Source: Adineta vaga
Taxonomy: Eukaryota; Animalia; Rotifera
Direction: 5' to 3'
Assembly: GCA_021613535.1 (NCBI GenBank)
Contig: CP075495.1
Coordinates: 9,982,001 to 10,046,000, forward strand
Length of the DNA: 64,000 bases
The notes below the pieces were generated by a model, which was not told the origin of the DNA, searched no databases, and saw only the letters and a list, made by a program, of their open reading frames with translations. Numbering within the stretch: position 1 is the stretch's first letter; every line of letters starts with the position of its first letter. A program made the translations under genes and the position numbers. This document shows positions 12,658-26,000 of this stretch, piece by piece.

Positions 12658-14418
12658 ATGTCTTCTTCGTCGACTTACTTTAATCATGATACTTTTATGG
12701 ATGGTACAGGACGTGGAAAACTCGTTCGACAAGTTCAATTTAATTCATTTCAATCAAATAATAAGTCACCATGTGAACCTACCTTAACAAATTTGAAAGA
12801 TGAAACTAAGAAAAAGAAACATCATCGTAAAGCTAAAATTGTTTCCATTGATGTACAACTTCCATTACCAGCAATGATCGAACGAAATACACCAATATTC
12901 ATTTCATGTGAACAATTTCCTGAGAAATATATATCACCAACAAGTTTACCTATTGTTCATTGGTCAAAATATCATGGACGAAATATTTCATTTTATTTAA
13001 AAGATCTTGGTTATTTTTCTACGGCTGATCGTTCGGATGCAGATCGTTGTCGAGAAGATTTTCGTTATTTAAAACGATTAATTTACGATATTGATGATAC
13101 TAGACAATTGAAACAAATGAATATTGAATTTGATCTGAATATTGGATCAGCTTATTTAAATCCAGCTGAACCATCAACATCTCTTGATGCATTACTTTGG
13201 TGGATTAGTAAACATAAGACAAGTGTAATAAATAATAAAGGACGGTAAATATTTAAATAATTTACTCGATTTCATTTTGTTTTTGTATTGAAGTTTTACA
13301 TTTGATTTTATTGCTTGGCGTGGAACAATTCGAAAGATTATGTCTTCTTTATTTAATCAAGAAACGGATTGGCGTATTGGTGTTATTCGTTATCGTGATG
13401 CTTATTTTTTTCATGTCTTTCATACAGAAACAGAATTAAGTATAGAATTTGGTCAAACACCTATGGAAAAACGAATGTGTTATTGGGGACATAAATTCGA
13501 AGATTATCTTTGCTCAGGTAGATATATTAGAGGCATCATGGCTAATGAACAAAAACTAATTCAACTGTTCTTCTATTGTTTTTATTCTTTAGAAACACCA
13601 CCTTTATTTCCATCGCCAAAGAAACTTTTTTCATTAGTTAATTTAGCTACCTTAGGTGTACATACACTTTTATATGGTAGTGAAATCGATGCTTGTACTA
13701 AAGATTCGATTCTCGACGAGGAAGATAATTCTTTGAAAACAACAGTTAATTTCATGAATATTAATTCATCAAATTCAAAACGAAAGAAAAAACAAACATT
13801 TGTTGAAATTAAAGTTGTTTATGCACAGAATATGTTAGATTTACATACATCAACGTAAGACGTTAACGATAAAGATCAGAAAGAAAAACAGATAATAAAA
13901 TTTTTGTTGATTTTAGTGCTCGAAAATACGCAAAATGGTGGTCACAATGTTTTTTAACTGGTATAGAACAAATACTCTTGGGTTTTCGTGATGATTATGG
14001 TATTGTTCGGCAAATACAACCATTACTTATTAAAGATATTGAAACACGTGCTGTAAGAACTTAACTTATTTTTTGTTTTCATGCAAAAAAATTGGTTTTG
14101 TTCGTTCTTTAGCGAACATGGAGTTCAAGTTCATTCTTAGCATTTCTCAATGATTTTTGTGCATTTGTTCGTAAAACTATTACAAAAGATTATTTCGATG
14201 ATGATCAGTAAGTATTTGATAATAATGATGAACAATGATCATAATTTCTATATTCGCTCTTTAGAACAGTATATCTCTTTTATTTTTCCCCAAAAGAGAA
14301 AAAAATCAAATGGTTACCGTCCAAAGAATCTACTTATCAATTTTTACCCGAATGGTTTACTTCGCAAGATTTCTCAACATCCGATATAACCATGTCAACA
14401 TCGAACAATCAAAAATAA
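12658..14418 (+). CDS. DXO: Decapping/deNADding exoribonuclease of the DXO/Dom3Z/Rai1 family, multi-exon
   Basis: DFIAWRG, YWGHKFE, YGSEIDA, FVEIK and KWWSQCFLTGIEQILLGFRDDYG are the family motifs; the last exon ends FLPEWF...NNQK*. Confidence 0.92.
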
Positions 14419-14766
14419 ACTGTTTTATATTTGTTATCTCTTGTTTTGTTACAGTTTTGTTTCTTTTTTTTTTTCTTCTATTACAAATGTTTTGAAATGA
14501 AATGTTAGACAGACAGAGAGAGAGAGAGAGCTTTCAATTTCAGTATAGTCAAAACACGACTGTATAGGAGCCATATGTCACATGGATGGATTGAAGAAGA
14601 AAAATATGATTTCAGACGCAGCGTTCTCTATCCACATGTTTTTTGACTGGGTATGAAAATCAACCATAATAAAAAGAACGAACTGAGTATTGCCTAAGAC
14701 TTGTGCAATAACATTCCGAACTATTAATTGTTATATTTGAATCATAGAACATCAGCAAAAAAAGGC

Positions 14767-16287
14767 ATGTGTACATTTGGTGGTGTTCTAATAGAATATC
14801 CATGGATATCGGTTGATTCATTTAAACAACATAATTGTCAGACATCATGTGTTTTCTTTATTTCACATATGTAAGAAAACAGATCTTGATTTGATTTTCA
14901 TAAATCAAAATTTATTGTTCTCCGTTTAGACATACCGATCATCTTCGTGGTTTAGATGAATCAATATTTTCTGAATATATTAACAACAATCGTTCCATAC
15001 GTATCTATTGTTCAGACGCTACACGATATTTTCTATCGAAATTATCTGCATACAAACATCTGGCACACTTCTATTCAGTTCTTAATGTTGATCAACCTTT
15101 TACTATACAAAATCCTATTGATGAAAGTAAGAGGAAGATGTCTTCACGTTGTTGTTGTTGTATTCTTTCTTGTACTTCTAGACAGTTCAGTAACAGTGAC
15201 TTGTTTTGGATCTGGTCATTGTCCTGGCTCATTAATGTTATTTTTCGAAGGTTCATATGGCACTGTTTTATATACCGGTGATTTTCGTCTCTATTCTCAT
15301 CAATCGAATCGTCATCGTATTATTCTTTCTAAAAAACGTATTGATACTTTGTATATTGATATGACATTTTTCGAGCCATCAATTCGTCAATTACCCGAGC
15401 GTGAACATGCATGTCAAAAATTGATTCATTTCATTCAACAATATAATGATCGATGTTTCTATTTGAAAACATCAGCTCGTGTTGGTTATGAATATATTTA
15501 TATATCACTATATCAACATTTTGGCATTCCTATTCATGTCAATTCAGAACAATATCATTTATATAATTGTTTACCACAAGTACAACAAGCTTTAACCATC
15601 GATGGTCAACGAACAAGATTACATGCATGTTGGCCAAGATGTTCCCATACAAATCTATCAGTTAAGGTAACCATCATCACCTTATCTACATAAGGAAAGG
15701 GAAATGAGTGAAATGTTAGATTTCCTCGTTTCTCTTCACCGACAATATTTCAATATATACTGTTCGATTTTAGATTGTTCTTTCTGTACTTTGGTTTACT
15801 TTACAACAACAACAACAATTTCAATCACCATTGGTTCAAATAACAACTGATTACTATCGTCTTTGTTATTCTCTTCATTCATCTTACAATGAAATATGTA
15901 CATTTATTAAACAAATCTCACCAACGCGTGTTTATCCAATTGCTTTACCAAATCAAGTAACTCCCGATCGATTTCAAGAACTTCTCAAACAATTAGGAAT
16001 TTCACAAACTCCAATTAAACCTTTTGCACCAAATACTACTGAACAACAAATTAAACGACGTTATCGTACAATGGAAAATTCAAATATAAATGATGAAGAT
16101 AATAACGATGAACTTGATTTTGATTGTTATAAAAATGAAAAACAATTATTCAAACGTATTAACAATTTACAACAATCAATCACGAAAAAAAGTAAATATA
16201 GAAAAAGAATTTTTATATTCATATATTTATGCTTTTCTTCTAGCAAAAATCAATGATGATTCATTGAAATGTACAACAGACAAATAA
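14767..16287 (+). CDS. DCLRE1C: Artemis (SNM1C) metallo-beta-lactamase/beta-CASP nuclease, about 5 exons
   Basis: Artemis-type start MCTFGGVLIEYPWISVD; SHI/HTDHLRGL (HxHxDH); GHCPGSLM..FEGSYGTVLYTGDFR; YSLHSSYNE. Confidence 0.9.
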
Positions 16288-16926
16288 TCTTCGGTTACTC
16301 TCAATTTCGCTACAGTTCCATTGAAAATTCAACAGAAGAATGATTCAGAATGTATTATCCTTCATTGAATAACAGCAACTGCTATTTTTTAATATTTGAA
16401 TTATTCTCAAATAGTCATGTTTTATTGTTTTATAATAAATATTTTTTTATTTGTTAGAAAGAAAGCCTAAGATACATTTAATTGATCAGCATTTAAAGTT
16501 CCAAATGAAATCGATGCATATGAGACTTTGTTCTCCTATTCTATATGGTCATTTTCAAAACGAATTCGATTCAATGTAAAACTATTGTGATTCATCATAT
16601 TTATGTTCATAAAGTTTGCGTGAGCATTAGCAAAAAGTTTATCTTTTTGCTCTCTTGTGTATCATTAACTTTAATCAACATAATTCAATTGATATAAATA
16701 TAACTCATTCGTAAAAGCTACTTCCTCTTTTTCATCAGGTTAATCTTTCAACAAGAAAATTCTTCTTTTACTTTGTCGTATTAGATTATGTTCTAATACA
16801 ATTTTTATTTTGTTCAAAAAATATCCAACATAAAATATATACTTAAATATCATATTAATTATCAATCAAATCAGTTGAATAATATCACAATTGTTAAAAA
16901 CGAAAGAAAGAAAGAAAGAAAAATTA

Positions 16927-18411
16927 TTAAAACCATTGATTACGTACAATTGACCAAATTGTTTCTTCGACACGGACTTTTTTCAAATCACTGAATGTTA
17001 ATGGACTTAATGATGATAATTCATGATAGAATTCTTTTGAATAGTATTCTTTTAAACGTGATGCTGCTTCTAAAACCAATACAACTGAAAACATCATCAT
17101 CGATACTCGAACATAATGTGCTAATGTAACACCCGTTTCACGATCAGATATCGTACGTTGATCATCACTGAATTTCTCGTAAGCAGGAGCACAATAACAA
17201 TATTGAATTAACCGAGCTGTGGGTGCATCTAATGTTTGACCATCAGCAAGTGTTTGAGTAAAAATTGTACGATGATTATTTTTCATATCTTCTCGAACAT
17301 CCTAAATAAAAGAAATTCATCTAAAGAGAAGACTTTCATTTTATCAAGCTTACTTGTAAATCATCTAATAATTGTAAACCAAATCCTAAATATTCGAGAT
17401 AGGCCATTTTTGCATTTGTTAATCTTCCTTCAATTAAAAAGCCAGCAGCTATCAATGATGCGCCACCTTTTTCTGCACTAACTTGTTCAACTTGTGCCAT
17501 TGTTGGTGCATAATTATCTTCTGTTCGTGCATGTTGTAATGTTGATTTCATTTGTGATTCATGAATTGTTGCTAAGCTCATATACACACCTTCATATTCT
17601 CCGCCACGTTTCCAATCATTTTCAATAAATTTAACCATATCAAAGATTTTTACTACACGATTTGCATGTGTTTGTAATGACATTGGTAAATTTAATTGCG
17701 TGGAATCGGATTGTTTACCATCAAAATGACATGTTGGATCATATGTTGATTCTCCAAATAATAATCTTCGATGAAAAACTTTAGCAAAATCTTCTTTTGC
17801 TTCTCGAGTTATATCATTGCAATCGACTAGATCATCTGTATATGGATAGAGCATGTTATAACCAAATATTGAATCTGTTAATACTAATGGAATATTCAAT
17901 TGCATTTGAAAAGCAATCATAAACCATACAGTTCGAGCAGCTTTGAATAATTCTTCGAAACTTATGGTTGGATCATATCGTTGACCCTTTTGAAGAAATT
18001 CACTGGTAACTCGACCCATAGATTGATAAATACCATAGAGAGATTCATCTTTCAATTCTGGAACATTCAATGTTTCATTCCATAGTCGAAAACCTAAAAA
18101 CAAAAAATTCTATAAAAATTAATTCGTTTATGTTGTGTTTTCTTCTTCATACCTTTCGCTTGAATTTTCTTTCTAAGAAATGTATTTTTCAACAATGTAC
18201 AATAAAATGCAAAAAATTTCATATTTCTTACACGTGATCGTTGTTGTTTTGTTGTCTGTCGTCTGACTAGTTGATTATCTATTGTTGGCAAACCATTTGG
18301 TAGTGAATACCATAATTTTAATGTACTTTCATGATTTAATTTGATCCTTTCTGTACGAAATTCTTCGTACGTTTTATATTCAAAAAATGTTTCACCATTG
18401 ATATTATCCAT
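16927..18411 (-). CDS. Class I isoprenoid-synthase-fold (terpene synthase/prenyltransferase-like) protein, 457 aa; exons 18411-18153, 18093-17354 and 17301-16927
   Basis: Two Asp-rich motifs, LYPYTDDLVD and GFGLQLLDDLQ|DVRED (the second split by an intron), with SAEKGGAS between them. Clean GT-AG introns keep the frame. Confidence 0.75.
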
Positions 18412-19177
18412 CTAAAACAATCAACAAATATTTTCATACGAATGTCGCCAACATTATCTATCCGTTTTATCAACTTAATCAAATAATTCTCAAACGTTAT
18501 CAATGTTTATTTACTTATATCTTCACTTCTCGTATTTTTTGCTCTCGCCTACTTTCTCCATGGATATTTGACTCAATAACCAAATGGTTACCTAATGTTT
18601 TGTTACGTTGACGGTTGACGATGACAACCAAATTTTTTTCTTTTCAAGAATTAAAAAAGAAAAAAATAGTAGAACTCTTTTTTTTTCAAGTACTAACGAT
18701 AGTGAATGATTCATAGACAAGAATAAATTGCATGCGATCAATCTAGTCCTATTTGCACTTTATGTCGATGAAATTACCGACAGAGAGACTGTAAAGAGGA
18801 AGAAAGAAAAAGGAGAAGAAGAAAAAGAAATGAAAAACATAAAATGGTAATGATTTGAAGGAGAAAAAAAGAAGTAAATCGTTTGATTAACTATACGTAC
18901 GTGTATGATTAAGGTGTGCGCGTTTTTTCTTTAATATTGATGAACAAAAAATATAACTCGTATATATACTGATTTGTTGAATAGTTCTTTTTCTTACTTA
19001 AGGTGCTTCTGGAAAATGATGACGACAATGAAAAAATAGTCATGTTATCTTGCTATTACGTACTTTGTGAGGGAGGATTATGTCAACAAAATACAGCTCC
19101 CATTATTTTTTCGTCAATTTCACGAATAAAGAAGAAAAAAAGAAGTAAACGAATCATGTACTGATTTCGAAAATATT

Positions 19178-20878
19178 TTATTGAAAATAAAAACACATAA
19201 CAATCGTAATTACGATTAAAGAAAGTAATAAAAGAAATAAAAGAATTATCCATGCACCAAGCATAACATCGTTGTATCGATGAAAAGTTTGATCTTTTTC
19301 TGGTACACAAGCTAAATGCCGTTGATATGCTAATTTTTCTTCGTCTGAAGCACATCCACCGATACGAAAAAGAAATGGTGACCATGGTGAATGACAATAA
19401 ACTCTAAACCAAACAGTTGGATGTCGAAGAAATAAATAGAATAAATTGAGTCGTACACCTAATTCATCTCCGATAACATCCGCATATTCAAAAAGATTAA
19501 CTAACTGTTTAAGACGTTGATGATCATGTGGATAAAGTTGAGCATGTCGTGTCCAATATGCTTGACGACGTTCTGTCATGACTTTTTCCGATGGTAGACG
19601 ACATCGACCAGAAAAGACAGCCGCTACCCAGCGTGCTTGCAATTCAGCTAAAGCTGGTATGGAACCGAAAACTGGCCGTGCTGTGCCCACGAATGCAAGC
19701 GTTCCATTAGTATTCGAAGCAAAAACAAGTTTATATAAATCATGAATATCTGTATGTGAAAAGAATGGATGAATCCATTTATAACCAGTACATAGAAGAA
19801 TATGATCGATTTCAACAGGTATTTCTTCTTTTTCAAAAGTTATTAAGTTTTGATTAATCGATGAAATACCTCGTTTAGGAATAACACGATTTAAAGCAAT
19901 AAAATCAACCACATCTCGACTTTTATTAATGAAACCATGTAAAAATGGGACTGTCGGAGCCCATTCAGGAACACCTGTACCTCCACTTCCCCACATTGGA
20001 ACGAAAAACATTCGTTTCCAACAACGAACTAAAATATTATTATAATAACCAAACAATCTCATTAACATTGTATACATAATATCGGCTGGTTGTTGTCCTA
20101 AAACACGTGCTTGAAACCATTGACCTTCACGAATACTCATATAAACACGTTTAGCAACAGTAGCACTTAATTCAACTGCTAAATCACTACCAGTTTCACC
20201 GCCACCAAGAATAAGAATTCTTTTATTTTGAAATTGTTCACGATAAGGACTTTTATATGAAATACTATGTGAAAATGTTCCAGTAAATTGATTCAATGGA
20301 TATGTATCACGTGGATCATTAGCATTTTGATGTTGTCCTGAACAAACAACAAGATAATCACAATCAATTGTTTGAAATCTATTTTCAAATGTAATCTTCC
20401 ATTGTGGTTCAACTTGGCTAATTTTAGAATTTAAATGAATATTCGGCCATAATTGAAAATGATTAGCATAGGAATGTAAATAATCAAGTATTTCTTCATG
20501 AGAAGGAAATTCACCATAAGATTTCGAAAATGGAAAATCCGAAGCATGCAAAAATGTTTTTGATGAAGTAACATGTGTAGATTTATAAGCTCCACCAACA
20601 TTTTCATTTTCATCAAACTGCCAAATACCACCAATACTTGATCGACTTTCATATAAATGAGCATCTAAACCTTCACCTAATAAGTATTTTAATGCATAGA
20701 GACCTGACCATCCACCACCGATCACCACGACTCGATGTTTTGTTCTACAATTTTTATAAAATTTTCATTCAATTTTTTATCTTTTGACTTTCTAATAAAC
20801 AAAACATGAAAATTTTGGTAGTTTTCTCAATTACCTATTTTCAGTTGATTGTAATAAGATTTGTTCCGCATCAGTCAT
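19178..20878 (-). CDS. Flavin-containing monooxygenase (class B), 536 aa, C-terminal membrane anchor; exons 20878-20835 and 20744-19178
   Basis: FAD motif VIGGGWSG; FMO fingerprint FTGTFSHSISY; NADPH motif ILGGGETG; LCTGY; AELQARW; hydrophobic C-terminus. Confidence 0.93.
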
Positions 20879-22643
20879 TATTTAACTTTTTTCTTTCTTT
20901 CTTCCTTTCTCACCTATATTTTCTGTTGGCAAATAGAAATTGTTTCATAAAAAAAAGAAAAATAAGTTGAGTTGATGATTATTTTTCTTCGTTCTTTCCT
21001 TTTTCTTTTTCTGAATGTAACGACAAACATACCATGTTTCTATAGATAAAGAGAGAAAAAAACTTTTCGAGCACTTTCTAAAAGAAAAAAATCAACTTGA
21101 CTGTTGTGGTTCTTGGATAATGAATGAAAATAGTTCTGATTGTCTTTCGATCAATTCTTAGACATATTTCTCGTTAGTAAAGAAAATCTTGTGAACGATT
21201 GCATGTATGAGTTTTAATTAAATATGTTCATAATATAGACAAAGAGCTTTGCCGTATTTCGCATTGATTGGCGATAAAATTAAGTACACAATAATTCAAT
21301 ATTGGATTGAGAATGTTTTGTTTTTATTTCCTATACATACAAATGATGAACCTTGATTAAAAAAGTAACGGATGTTCCAAGGTATTTTACTGAATAAGGG
21401 AACGAATGCAGACGTCTTTTCAGTGCATGTAATTAACCGTAGTGGAAGACAAGTAATTTGACGTACAATGAGTAAATTAGGCAATAATCATAAATTTTTT
21501 AATTTTCATCTGATTTATCTGTCAAACATGACAATTTAAGATTGATAATCATTCAAAAACATAATTCATTTCTTCATTCATACACATGAGATATCTTCGA
21601 GGTGTTTATTAATATATATATATATTAATTGATTTCTACCATGTAATCAACGTTAAAATATACAACGACTATCTAGAAAATAACCCATAGATAAAAATTA
21701 GTCTACCGTTTCTTTTGTAAAAGACATAGCTTAAATATTCATATTTCTATAAATAAATCAAGAAAATTAATTTGTTATGCTTATCAACTTTACAATCCGA
21801 AAATATCAACAGAAGATTATTTAAAAGTCTTGTTTAATATAATGGATTCATTCAATATATATTTAATATGAAGGAGAAAAATGGTATGTTGGCGTTAGTA
21901 GACTCTTTGACATAAAACACGAGATTTGCACTCAAACAAAAAACATATTGAACAGATGATGACTTTGAATAAAGTCTCTAGTTTCACTATATCATTTTAC
22001 TCTATGTATCAATCTTAATATGTTCGTTGAGACAGAAAATTAGATCTATACTCAAAATAAACCGTATGTATACATGTGTACAGGATGTTATTTTGCAATT
22101 GAATACGAGTCAATTACAGCAATGTAAGGTAAGATTATTCACTTGAACTTTCTTTGTATTACTGAAGAAAAAAAGCTAATTATATAAGTATGAACATTGT
22201 CTGAATAGAAGAGAAGTTTTGTAGAAATAATTCTTATTTTTCTTTATATACTTTCGAAAAGTATCATTTTGATACAATGAAGTAGTTTGATCTTAAGATA
22301 GTTTGAATAGAACAAGCAGAGATTTCTATGTCTATCGAATACGTTAAATTCGCAAGAAATCTATATATTTTTTCATTCTTGTCTTTGTCGTTAATTCGTT
22401 ACTTCGTTTTATTCTATGAACAACCACATCATTCATTTTCGGAATTATAATTCTATTGGTAATAGTTTTTCTATATTTCTAAATACCACGCATGTCTCTT
22501 GCATTCGTTTATTTCAAAGATAAGCAACGGATATTTGATAAAACAAATGAGAGATAAATTTAATTAAACGCTGAGATTATTCATGTTAAAGAGAGAGAGA
22601 GAGAGAAAAGAAAGAAAGTCAGAAATGGTTGGTGAATAAGTTT

Positions 22644-23038
22644 TTAAAGGCCACCAGATCGTGCACGACCGCAGAGAAGATACACAACCAAACCTAAAGA
22701 AAGAAAAGACGTGAAATGAAATAGTATACTATCAAAAAAAAAGGAAATAAAAACTTACCAATAATGGGAAAGAAGAGAATGAATAGGATCCAGAGAAGTT
22801 TTTCAACTAATGGTTTTCCCGAACGAAGAATTTCCACAGCCGCAATAATATCCAAAATAAGTATAATCTTTTGTTTTTATAAATAAGAAGATTATTATTT
22901 GAAGGAAAACTTTTTCAAACTTACTAAACCAATAATACCACCAATTGTATGTCCAACATAATTATATTGAGCAGCAACACAATTGACTAAAGCCAAAAGG
23001 AAAATTAAAACTGGTGTTGTTTTCATTAATAAACTCAT
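22644..23038 (-). CDS. Small membrane protein with a standalone PLDc_N (cardiolipin synthase N-terminal) hairpin, about 90 aa, 3 exons
   Basis: Spliced product: MSLLMKTTPVLIFLLALVNCVAAQYNYVGHTIGGIIGL/IILILDIIAAVEILRSGKPLVEKLLWILFILFFPIIG/LVVYLLCGRARSGGL*. KLLW...FPIIGLxxY is the PLDc_N pattern. Confidence 0.8.
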
Positions 23039-26000
23039 TTTTAAAATATGTTGATAATAATCGTAATAAAAGCAAAGCAAAAACTTGTTTATCTAGAATA
23101 TAAGATAATATATATGGTCGGACCAAGTAGATGCTATAATTAACTATAGTACAATATTTGCTATACAAACGTTGTTCTCTCTCCTTCGTCTGCGATGTAC
23201 AAAAGCAAAATGAATCGTTCCATTCGTTTTGCTTCTTCTTCTTCTTCTTTCTTTCTCTTTTTTCTTCCTACTTTCTCCTATCTTTGGACTATTTGTTAGA
23301 ACATGGACAGATACTTCCTACATCTTCTCTTCGGTTGCTTCGCCGTATGGGACATCATATATGAATCATGTACAAACATCTCTTATGTATTTATTTTAAC
23401 GGCAAAGAAACGAAAGAGAGAAAGAAGAAAATTAAGTATGTCTGCTGAGATATGTAAGGAATGAGTTGTATATTGCCGTAGATCGTGGTACAGACACAGT
23501 GAACATAATCCGAGACATGTGTATTTTTATTTGAACAAGTAGCCGACATACAATCCGATATCGATCGTGTTAAACTTAATTTTAAACAAGGATTATCAAC
23601 TGTTTCATTAAAATCTAAGATTAATTTCATTCACGAACATAAAATTTACATACATATATATATATATCCATATCATAAAATATTATATTGTAAAAAAATA
23701 AAGATAAGTTTATGATCTCAATGATTAATTGACTATTATTGATATATCACGCTGTATGAAACCAGATATGGTGTAATAGAAACAGTACTAACAAAAGATT
23801 AATAACGAAAGTATGACATATGTACATATATTTATCCAATGATTCATGTTTTTTTTCGTTTTATATGATTCATTTTCGTCAAAGATGAGAATAATCATTC
23901 ACATGTTGATATAAATCTATAATTAGAAGAAAATAAATCAACCAAATTTTCTTGACATACATCTTTAGTTCAGTATTATTTGATCTATTTCTTATAATTT
24001 AGAAAAATAAGATAAAGATTTCTTCCGGTAATTATTTTTTTCTATCGAATAATTAGTGAGTTTTCTACGTATGAAAAACTTGTTCTCCGAAAGTATTACA
24101 GCTGAGTTTATTTAACATTCGCGAATCAGATAAAAGTTATACTATAGATTAGTATAAGAATTATCCAATTACAATTTTCGAATATCTGATGTAGTCTTTT
24201 CTTTATTAAATCATGCAAACAAAAAGAATAAATTCTCGAAATAATCAATCTCGTATTGCTATAGAAAAATAATCATTGTGTTATTCGATTCTTCACCATC
24301 GTCTAGTTCAAATTAATGGTTATTTCAAAATAATTCTTCCAAATAATCTTAGTATTAAATTCGATACGCAATACGTCATAATTCGGATGAAATATGTTAG
24401 TATAAAATCTGTTTGTCGTCACTCAATTAAGTTTTATTTATATTTGACACTTAGACGAATTTTATGATTGACATATTAAGTACTTTCCTGATAGAAAATC
24501 ACTGCTTGTCATTATCAAACACACACACGCACATATACTTATTAAAAACATTATTTTGGAAACTTTCATAATCGAGAAACACATAGGTCTCACGTATATA
24601 CATGAGCAAATGTCCTTAAAATTTATTTAAATAAGTGGGCTAATTTTGTCTATAGTTCTTTTGACAACTTTATTTTTTTGCTGGATAATGAGCATCACTT
24701 TGCTTTAAATAATTGATATTTGTTGACATTAGAGGCTCATAAGAGTGTCAAAAAAAAAGGATCAGTGGAAAATCTGCTTTCGTATCATTAATAGACACGT
24801 TATATTTATTATTGAGACAGTGTGGGAGAATAATATAGCAAAAATATAACTACAAATATAAAGAATAGTCTTTAAATTGGTAAGCATTCAAATTTCATCT
24901 TGTTTGCAGCTTCTTACTCTATAGAGAAGAAAAAAATATCTACGATAGAACAGAATATTACCATTATTTATTAGCACTTCGGAACAAAAGGATGCGCTAG
25001 ATTTTGTCTACTCTACACTACTTCAACCGGCAAGTATAGAGCACAGAGTAACATGCTTGACATTTCCTTTTTACTTATTCATCCAATTCAGTTTATTTCC
25101 ATCCGGCAAGTTTATATAAAATCAGACAGTTGAATAGTTTTAACATCTTATTTAATGATAAGCTTTCTTAGATATTTTTATGTCAATACCAAAGAGCAAG
25201 ACGAGATTACTTCTTTTCAAAACTTCAATTCAACTCGAAAGGTATCTTTAATTTGTTTTAATATTAATCATATACAACTATATTTGAAGACATTTGTTCT
25301 GACAGTTTATGTTTCTTTTGTCTTTTGATTAATTAAGATTATGTCATTCATTGACTAAAGTCACTATTTTAGTATGAACTTATAGGTAATCGAATAGATC
25401 TAGAATCATATATAATAAATATATGATGATGTATAGTATCTGTAATAAATTACCTTTCTTGATTAGTTAAAAAGAAATTTCTAAACTAAAAGTAAATCGA
25501 CAGCGATGTCTGTTTTTGAAGTCTTTTTTTAATTGAGAAAATTCAATAAGTAAAAATCTTTAATATTAGTTCGTTTAATAAAGAATTTATGTATCATGTT
25601 TGACTTGGATAAGATTGAATGTTTAATAAATAACCTATCCTGTTATAATATTCAATTTACATAAAGACTGTCTACATATATATATATATATATAAGTCAG
25701 ACCATGTTACTAATGAAATTTGTACTTAACACATAATATTGGAACTTTGAGACGTTCTTTTGCCTACATAATATGTTATTAGAAAGTCGAAGAAGTGATA
25801 TGTCGAATAATTATTGCTATGCATGATGTATTCTTTAGTTTCGTTATCATTTATTTTTAAATATAGTCAGGTAACTAACTATAGAAGAAAAGATTATCAC
25901 AATTATTATTATTATTATTTTCTTTCGATAATCTCTCATAAGATGCACTCGAATTCTTTTGATTTTGCGGCATTCATTAAAGAATATCGTCCCCTTCACT

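Noticed and set aside
3236-16287. RAD51B and Artemis near each other as a DNA-repair cluster
   Set aside because: They are 10 kb apart on opposite strands with unrelated genes between them; proximity is unremarkable at this gene density.
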